This document shows, piece by piece, positions 22,809 through 32,000 of a DNA stretch of 32,000 bases. The translations under genes and the position numbers were made by a program. The stretch comes from Zygophlyctis sp. KS116 (lineage: Eukaryota; Fungi; Chytridiomycota). Location of the stretch: positions 3,800 through 35,799 of the forward strand of contig BAAFSQ010000091.1 in NCBI GenBank assembly GCA_054661495.1, given 5' to 3'. Below the pieces are notes generated by a model. That model did no database searches. It was not told the DNA's origin and saw nothing but the letters and a program-made list of their open reading frames with translations. Position 1 is the first letter of the stretch. Every line of letters starts with the position of its first letter.

Positions 22809-25328
22809 ATGAAAACGCCGGCAGTGGTTCTTGAACTCATTAATACTCTACGCCCCGGCTCTAGTTTAGACGATATTGAATATTATATAAAATTATTAAA
22901 TAGGTAAGATAATCGGTTGTTATTAATAGTAATATTGGGGCTTCCAAAACATTACCCGATGAGCATTCATTGACTGACGGACTAAAAAAGAAACTCTTGG
23001 CGCAAGATGAAACGGCTAAACAGGCGCTGGAATTATCAAGAGCTATGGCAAGGCTAAAACCAATGGTAAAATATTAATACTGAAATTATAGAAATTAAGT
23101 TCATATCCTGCGATTTTGTATTTTTTAAGTTGTCTGACAAATGCAAATTCACGTCCGAATTCTCAAATTGTGACTGTAACTGGCGCTATGCCAAAGAAAT
23201 ATGAATCAGTGTCTAATTCTATTCCTAAAAAGTTTATAAAGGAAGAATCTTTAGATCAAATGGACAAATCAAAAAGTTTATGGAGACCAATGAAACCAAT
23301 GGAACCGTTTAGTCCGGATATGGTTCCTCAGTTTCAAGGATACTATCAAGTAGGGAAAAGTAATGTTTTTCAAGGGTAATTTTAGATGTTCCGCAAGAGT
23401 CTCATATTTTAAGAGATTTACTCTACGTCTTTCAAGGGGTAGAAGGGAGACTATTAAAGTATGTGTCGGCTAAAGACAAGTTTTTGTTGGATTCTAAATA
23501 CAATTTACCAAGGCCTACTGTTCAGATTGTAAATGAATTAGCAGAAATAGGATGGGTATATTTTAAGATTAGAAAAGGATTAGAAAAGTTTAAGAATGGA
23601 CTATTCTCTCAAGTACTATATTATATTAAAAAATTAGGCGTTTGCTGCTGCAATCAAGGATGAATTAGTGGAATTTGATCGTTTAATTGCAATTCTTGAA
23701 AATGATTTGTTTTCTACATGTGAATATGAACATTCTTTTGCAACTGTTGGACTATCACTCAAAAGATTGTTTGTGTGGAGTCAAGGACCTATATTTAAAT
23801 TAAGATTTATGCTTATTTTGTTGCAAGCATGTCAGGATACTCGCGGAGGTGGTCTATTATCAGTTTTAAACAAATTTTCTAATCATGGAGATCCATTCAT
23901 TCAAAAGTTTATTCATAAAATTCTTCCAAAGGTTGAACTATATTTATTTAATTATAGGTATCCGTACCATTCTTTGAAATTTTATATCATTGGATTCAAT
24001 CTGGAGAGTTGCATGATCCTTGTTTGGAGTTTTGTATTCAGCTGAATCCTTCACCTTCTGATTTTTGGAAGACAAAATATGTAGTTCATATGGATTTTAT
24101 TCCTTCATTTTTGACAGTAGAGACAATTAAAAAAGTATTTCTTTGCGAAATATTAACTGCTAGATTTTAATTGTAGGAAAATCTCTAAATTTTTTGTATT
24201 TGGAATGTAAAGAAGTTTTTCCAATGTCTAAACCGATGGCTGAAAGAGATTTCAAATATACCAATTTAGATAATATGCTCAAATATGTCGATTCAATTTA
24301 TGAAAAGATTAGTTTGCATGTTCTTAATGTTCTAAATGATAAATACATGCTCACGAATCACTTGGAAGCGCTTAAAAAGTATTTGCTACTTGGACAAGGA
24401 GATTTCATTCAGTGTCTAATGGATGCCATTGGGTAATTTGATTCTAGATTTAAAATTGCAGAGATGAGCTTTCCAAGGATGCTAGAGTTATTTATCGTCA
24501 TAATCTGACGGGGGGTCTAGAAACTGCTGTCCGTTCTTCAAATACACAATTTGAAAATGCTGATATTTTAGCGCGGCTTGATGTACGATTGCTCGAAGTA
24601 ATTGTTGAATTTTTCATATCTAGATTTCAAATGGCGACAGTGGATGGGACATTTTCTCTATTGATTATCATATTGACGGTCCTTTGTCAACTGTGATTAC
24701 CACACAAGCCATGAATGCATATCATCGTCTTTTTGCCTTTTTGTGGAGACTTAAAAGAGTTGAGCACATTCTCTCGTCATCCTGGAAAACAAGGATGTCT
24801 AATGTTTCTAAAATCCAAGGAAATATTCTTCATAAATGTCGAATCTTGTGGACTGAAATGACTCATTTCATATATCAGCTTGAATATTATATCTTATTTG
24901 AAGTCCTGGAATTATCATGGCGTGAACTAACTGATGCTTTAAATTTATTAAAAGATTTAGATGATCTTATTGCCGCACATAATCATTATTTGAATCAGAT
25001 TACCCTTAAAGGACTTTTAGCTCTTAACGGCAATGAAGAGTCTTTATCACAAAAACTTGTCAAGTTATTTGATATTATATTCAGATTCCAGAAATCTCAT
25101 GTAAGTTTTTTAAAAATGAAGTATAGAATGATATGTTTGAAAGCTCTACTGTCTCTGAATCATTAATAAGTGCAACTATCCAAAAAATATCTGACGATTT
25201 CCATGTAATAACATTACAACTTATCATAGATTGAATTCATGAATCTCTTGGGAACATTATCCGCACATAAAGATCAGAATTTAAGATTGTTGGGTGTCCG
25301 ATTGAATTTTAATCAAGTTTATAAGTAG
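22809..25328 (+). CDS. SPC98: Gamma-tubulin complex component 3
   Basis: [20 protein letters not shown]...[49 protein letters not shown]; ten introns of 25-29 nt. Confidence 0.92.
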
Positions 25329-25334
25329 TTTTAA

Positions 25335-27570
25335 ATGTCAAAATTGATCTCTACGGTGTTTGCTGAGAAAAACGGTCCAGTGTTTGTAGCATATGTGACT
25401 GCTGGCTATCCTCAAAAAGCTGTGACAGTTGATGTCCTGTTGAAGCTACAGAGCGGCGGCGCTGATATTATTGAACTTGGAGTTCCATTTTCTGATCCGA
25501 TTGCCGATGGTCCAGCGATACAAGAATCTAGCTTTGTAGCACTGGGTAATGGCGTTGAGTTGACTGATTGTTTTAACATGGTGGTAGAAGCAAGATCCAA
25601 AGGCCTTGTGATCCCAGTTGTTCTAATGGGCTATTATAACCCGTTCTTGATGTATGGGGAGGAAAAGTTGGTTAAAGATGCAGCAAAAGCAGGGATAAAT
25701 GGATTTATTATTGTCGATTTGCCACTTGAAGAAGCTTTTGGTTTGAGAAATCTATGTACAATGGAAGGGTATTTAAGATAAAATTAATGTTAGATTAAGT
25801 TTTATTCCTTTAATTGCACCAACATCTTCAGATTTAAGAATTAAACAGGTATCAGACATTGCTGATACGTTTATATATGTTGTATCCACTCTAGGTGTGA
25901 CCGGATCTAGAACCTCTGTTGACTCTGATTTGCCAGGTTTAGTAAAGAGAATTAAAAATATTTCTCAGTTACCTTTGGCAGTTGGATTTGGTGTCTCTAC
26001 TAGAGATCATTTTGTTCATGTTGCATCATTGGCAGAGGGTGTAGTTATTGGATCGCGATTGATTAATTTACTAAAAAGTACTCCAATTGACAGGATTGGA
26101 AATGAAATTGAAGCATTCTGTTTACAAATTACTAATGGGAAAAAGGAAGAAATTCAAAAGTTTAATGATAATTTAAGAAAAGTGCAAAATACGCCAAATG
26201 GGAATAAAGCAAATTATAGCGAAATACCAAAAGAAAATGGGAAATTTGGTGACTTTGGTGGAAGATATGTGGCTGAATTATTGGTGGGATGTTTAGAAGA
26301 AATTGAAATAGTAATTTGGTATTTTGATAAATTTAGGAATTTGAAAAATGTTTAAAAGATGTGGAATTTTGGAAGGAATTCAAATCTTATTATCAATTTA
26401 TGGGACGGCCGTCTCCTCTACATTTAGCAGAAAGATTAACAAATCATTGTGGTATTTATTTTATTATAATTTGATTAGGCGGGGCAAAAATTTGGCTGAA
26501 GAGAGAGGATTTGAATCATACTGGTTCACACAAAATCAATAATGCAGTTGGGCAGGCTCTTTTAGCAAAGAGACTCGGGAAAAAAAGAATCATTGCGGAA
26601 ACGGGTGCTGGACAGCATGGAGTTGCTACTGCTACTGTTTGTGCAAAATTGGGATTGGAATGTATCATATACATGGGGGCAAATGATGTTAAGAGACAGG
26701 CTTTGAATGTTTTTAGAATACGCTTGCTTGGTGCTAAAGTAATTCCAGTCGAGTCTGGATCAAAAACATTAAAGGATGCGATCAATGAAGCAATGCGTGA
26801 CTGGGCCACCAATGTTAAAACTACTCATTATTTAGTTGGATCAGCTATTGGGCCTCATCCATTTCCCAAGATTGTTCGAGAATTTCAATCTGTAATAGGC
26901 CGTGAAACAAAGGAGCAAATGATGTCACTAACAGGAAGGTTACCTGACGCTGTTATTGCTTGTGTAGGCGGGGGATCTAATGCGATTGGGATGTTTTCTC
27001 CATTCATTAATGATCAATCTGTACGAATTATCGGTGTAGAAGCCGGAGGAGATGGTATACAAACAGGACGCCATTCAGCGACGTTAAGTGCAGGTAAGCC
27101 TGGAGTACTCCATGGAACAAAGACATATCTTTTGCAGGACAATCATGGCCAAATAATAGAAACTCATAGTATTAGTGCAGGATTGGATTATCCAGGAGTT
27201 GGGCCAGAACATGCCATGTTAAAGGATAGTGGAAGAGCAGAATATATCAATGCTACGGATATGGAAGCTTTGAAAGGTTTCAGAAGTCTATCAGAAATGG
27301 AAGGCAAGAATTATTATTTATTAAAATCAAGGTATAATCCCGGCTTTGGAAACTTCACATGCAATATTCAAAGCCATGGAAATCGCTTCTTCATTGGATA
27401 GCGAGAAAAATTTAGTCATCAATGTGAGTGGACGAGGAGACAAGGATGTTGTTAGCGTTGCCGAAGCTCTGCCAAAATATGGGGCTGAAATGGGATGGTA
27501 AATGCATTAATGTTTTAAAAAATAGGGATTTACGCTTTCAAGGCCAATCAGACTATCTTCAACCGCAAAT

Positions 27571-27574
<4 letters not shown>
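25335..27574 (+). CDS. TRP5: Fused alpha-beta tryptophan synthase
   Basis: [75 protein letters not shown]; five introns including a GC-AG intron at 27304-27331. Confidence 0.97.
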
Positions 27575-29041
<1,467 letters not shown>

Positions 29042-29118
29042 TTAGAATAAATAGAGCAACTAAAATAAAAAAGACTAGTAATAGTAGCAGATTTATTAAA
29101 GCATTGTAAAAATATCTT

Positions 29119-29506
29119 TTACATTGCTACAGCATACTTTCTCATTGGAAAGTGCATCTTCTTTTTTCTACTTCTTTCAGAGATCAAACTAGTTTCATGC
29201 AGAGTTAATTTTCTACGTAAGGCTCTAGTCTTTTTGCTTCTCAAATCTAAAGGTTGATATTTCTTTCCTGCATAGTAAATCTTTAATTGATCTCTTTGAG
29301 TCTGAGAAATGACTGTAGAAACTCTAGCAATTGATTTTCTAACTGTTTTACTAGATTTAGAATTTTAAATTTTACATTTTAGCTAATTTTGAAGCAGCGC
29401 CGTTTGAAATCTGGGCAACTCTAAGAGAAGCTAATTCAGTCTTGAATTCTTCTAATTTTGCCAAGAGAGAAGTTTTGGTTTCCTTGCGCAGTTGAAATGT
29501 TTTCAT
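29119..29506 (-). CDS. RPL35: 60S ribosomal protein L35 (uL29); absent from the ORF track
   Basis: [32 protein letters not shown]...[16 protein letters not shown]...[16 protein letters not shown]...FPMRKYAV; one 25-nt intron. Confidence 0.95.
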
Positions 29507-29540
29507 TTTTTTTTCTTTGTCCCATGTCCTACATTGGGTC

Positions 29541-29588
29541 CAGTCACCGCCTACGTCCTACCGCCTACGTCCTACGTCGCACCGCCTA
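29541..29588. promoter_or_regulatory. GC-rich tandem motif in the divergent promoter between RPL35 and the NAC-beta-like gene
   Basis: CAGTCACC (Homol D-like) followed by CCGCCTACGTCCTA x2 (29547-29574) and a further CCGCCTA at 29582-29588. Confidence 0.55.
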
Positions 29589-29615
29589 GTGCACTGCCAC
29601 TCTCAACGGCAAAAA

Positions 29616-30254
29616 ATGAATGCTGAAAAGTTGTCCCGGTTACAAGCGTCTGTGAGGATTGGAGGCAAAGGGACTCCAAGAAGAAAAGTTAAAAAAGTGC
29701 ATCATCACTCTGATGTTTTAGATAAAGATTCTGGAAAAATAGTTTTGGATTTGTCGGATTCTAGTAGTGCTGATACTATCATTGAAAGTATAAGTGAAAA
29801 TACAAACGAGTTAAAAGACAGTTTTCATGGAAAGAATTTAGATTATCAGGATTCTAAAGAGGAATACAAGATATTAGACACAAATATACCACAAATATCA
29901 CAGGATAAAGTACAAGACTCTGTTGTTTTAGAAGAGACAATGGCAGAAATTGTCAAGGAGACAGAGACAGTAGTAAAATCTGATTTAGAATCTGATTTAG
30001 AATCAAACTTAGAATCAAATTTAGAAAAAGTACATGAACAATTGTCTTTTGAAGACTATCAAATTCAAGAGAATGATTCACAGAATTTGACTAAAGATTC
30101 ACAGAGTTTTACTAAAGATTCACAGAGTTTTAGTGTTTTTGAAGAAGTAAAGGAAAAGGAAGAATGCGAAATGACAAAGGAAAAGAAATCTATCAAAAAG
30201 AAAATTAAGAAATGGTTAAAGAAATGGTTTAAAGTTGGGTCAAAGAATACTTAG
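29616..30254 (+). CDS. Protein with a BTF3/NAC-beta N-terminal segment fused to an acidic low-complexity region; no NAC domain
   Basis: MNAEKLSRLQASVRIGGKGTPRRKVKKVH closely matches fungal EGD1/BTF3 N-termini; the rest is D/E/S-rich with short repeats and ends KKKIKKWLKKWFKVGSKNT. Confidence 0.7.
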   Translation: MNAEKLSRLQASVRIGGKGTPRRKVKKVHHHSDVLDKDSGKIVLDLSDSSSADTIIESISENTNELKDSFHGKNLDYQDSKEEYKILDTNIPQISQDKVQDSVVLEETMAEIVKETETVVKSDLESDLESNLESNLEKVHEQLSFEDYQIQENDSQNLTKDSQSFTKDSQSFSVFEEVKEKEECEMTKEKKSIKKKIKKWLKKWFKVGSKNT

Positions 30255-30595
30255 AAATTTAGATAGAATAATTTAGTTTTTATGCATTTTCTAGAGGAGA
30301 TTTCTCCAGTCTTTAATAGATGAAATTTAGAGTCCAGATCGTAGACATCAATATCCAATGATGACAAGTTTCATGTAGTTGGAAATTAAAGTCTTTAAAA
30401 TTACAGTTCCCACGACCGCCATGGCAGTTTATGGTGTTTTTGCGCCACAGCTAATAGCGACTTTGGCATGTTTAATTCAGTCTTCTATATATTCCGACTA
30501 AAAGCATGACAGCATAATAAGAAACTGCAACTCAATCATAAATGAAGTCGTCTCAGTTGTTTTTTAAACATTTTACAAAGAAAAAGATAACTTGT

Positions 30596-31912
30596 TTAGC
30601 CTTGTGCTACAGCAGCTTTAAGCATAGAGGTAATTTCTCCAGCCTTCTGTAGATAAAAATCAGAGTCAATATCTTTGCCATCAATATCCAATGATACAAA
30701 TTTTCCAGAAGTCGGAAGTTGGTCCTTTCTAGCTATTGTCTTCAAAATTGCAGTTCCTTCGTCAACTTCATCAAACATGGCAGTGTATAGAGTCTTTGCA
30801 CCACCATTAATAGCAGCTGAGGCATGTTTTTCATAGAATTCGCCTCCATTTCTGGGGATTTTGTTAATCTTTTCATCTTTGAGATTTCCCCAAGAGAATC
30901 CTGGATAGATTACAGGGGAATAAATGATATTTGCATCCTTTAAAAGTTCCATTTCGCTTTCAACTTTTTTCTTTAGACCTTCACTGTCCATCTGATTTCC
31001 AACCATCCATGGAGATAAAACGTCAAATGAATTTATCAACTTTGTCCAAGAAGAATCCTTTTCATATTTTTCCTTCCAAATACTTCCTACCATTCCCCCA
31101 AATACAGAAAATCCTTGATTTTTCAAATATTCAACAACTTGAATTGCATATTTTGCATCATGCAAATGTTTTCCGCCCTCTTCACCTCCAAATCCCCAGA
31201 CTGCCACCAGTGGCTTTCCATTTTCATGCAAGTACATGGGACTATTTGTAATCAAATCCTTGAAATCAGGCATAACTTTTTGAAGAATTGTAAGAGTATC
31301 TTTAGAGGCTCCCGAAGCATCAAACATGATTGCCCATGCTCGTCCATACTTTTCTGCAGAATTCTTGACGTTTTTGGTGACATTCAATCGATGTTCGGGT
31401 CGATCTTTCAAAGTCGTAACAAATTCTTGAACAAAAACACCATCAATTCCATACTGTTGCATCCATTTGAAATGAGTGTCGACGATTCCTGGACTTTGAG
31501 AAGAAAATACTTTGATCGATTTACCATTTGAATCTTCATAACCAGACAATGTGCATAAATCATCTGGATTATATTCTGAAACATCAGGGAGCATATCGAT
31601 AACCAATTGTTTTTCGCCTTTATCAAACCAATGTCTTGCTGCATTGCCGTTTTCACATGTGAACCATCCTTGATATCCTGTCATGTGCTTACCCAAGATT
31701 GTATCCACTGAAACCCGATTGCTGGTATTTGAGCTTGAATTCGTTGCAGACGACTGGTTGGGTTTTCTTAATTTTTTATTCTTGTTTCTTCTTGAACCTG
31801 AGTTATTCCCCTTATCGGGGACTGAGCCTGAATTGCTAGCTTCGGCCTGATTGTATATAAGGAAAATGTAGAGTAAACTGATGAAGCTTTTTGAAATCAT
31901 TTCAATGAACAT
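30596..31912 (-). CDS. Secreted, intronless GH71/GH99-like glycoside hydrolase
   Basis: Signal peptide, S/N-rich linker, TGYQGWF, DMLPDVSEY, HFKWMQQYGIDGVFVQ, PVIYPGFSWGN, AMFDEVDEGTAI. Start is 31912 or 31900. Confidence 0.85.
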   Translation of the reverse strand: MFIEMISKSFISLLYIFLIYNQAEASNSGSVPDKGNNSGSRRNKNKKLRKPNQSSATNSSSNTSNRVSVDTILGKHMTGYQGWFTCENGNAARHWFDKGEKQLVIDMLPDVSEYNPDDLCTLSGYEDSNGKSIKVFSSQSPGIVDTHFKWMQQYGIDGVFVQEFVTTLKDRPEHRLNVTKNVKNSAEKYGRAWAIMFDASGASKDTLTILQKVMPDFKDLITNSPMYLHENGKPLVAVWGFGGEEGGKHLHDAKYAIQVVEYLKNQGFSVFGGMVGSIWKEKYEKDSSWTKLINSFDVLSPWMVGNQMDSEGLKKKVESEMELLKDANIIYSPVIYPGFSWGNLKDEKINKIPRNGGEFYEKHASAAINGGAKTLYTAMFDEVDEGTAILKTIARKDQLPTSGKFVSLDIDGKDIDSDFYLQKAGEITSMLKAAVAQG

Positions 31913-32000
31913 AAGTACGCCAACATGGGACGCCAACACGGCGTCAATTTGGCGGCATGGCCATCATTATTCAATACGAATATATCGTCCTGAAGTAATG

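Noticed and set aside
25290-25340. GCP3-TRP5 fusion protein
   Set aside because: Two in-frame stops (TAG, TAA) intervene and no plausible intron removes them.
29517-29615. N-terminal extension of ORF 29517..30254
   Set aside because: It starts at TTG and translates the promoter repeats; homology begins at ATG 29616.
30358-30480. C/D snoRNA or remaining NAC exons downstream of the NAC-beta-like gene
   Set aside because: ATGATGA is present but no CTGA D box follows, and no frame encodes NAC-domain motifs.
31929-31945. Helitron or transposon terminus
   Set aside because: Only a 6-bp hairpin, with no downstream CTRR, terminal inverted repeats or transposase.

Overview
AT-rich, extremely gene-dense eukaryotic nuclear DNA. 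Most likely a flagellated (zoosporic, chytrid-type) fungus, inferred from a fused alpha-beta tryptophan synthase, the ciliary genes meckelin and CFAP100, and a CRN-like gene. The ORF track looks fragmented because nearly every gene is split by ultra-short spliceosomal introns: I reconstructed about 70 by hand, almost all 24-35 nt and GT-AG, with one GC-AG and one 97-nt outlier. After splicing there are about 22 complete genes plus one partial: a secreted decapeptide-repeat protein, an FGD-like RhoGEF, Treslin/Sld3, ORC6, a GST-like protein, meckelin, EMC4, three paralogous small secreted proteins around an intronless glycosyltransferase, a CRN-like protein, a thioredoxin-like protein, MetRS, CFAP100, RPA12, GCP3, TRP5, PRP4 kinase, RPL35, a NAC-beta-anchor chimera and an intronless GH71/99-like hydrolase. 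Strongest leads: (1) the minimal-intron system with apparent distance-based acceptor choice; (2) near-zero intergenic spacers; (3) the NAC-beta-anchor/acidic-linker/amphipathic-helix protein sharing a promoter with RPL35; (4) the dibasic-site secreted protein family in a putative effector island. All assignments are from recalled motifs and manual splicing; no searches were run.
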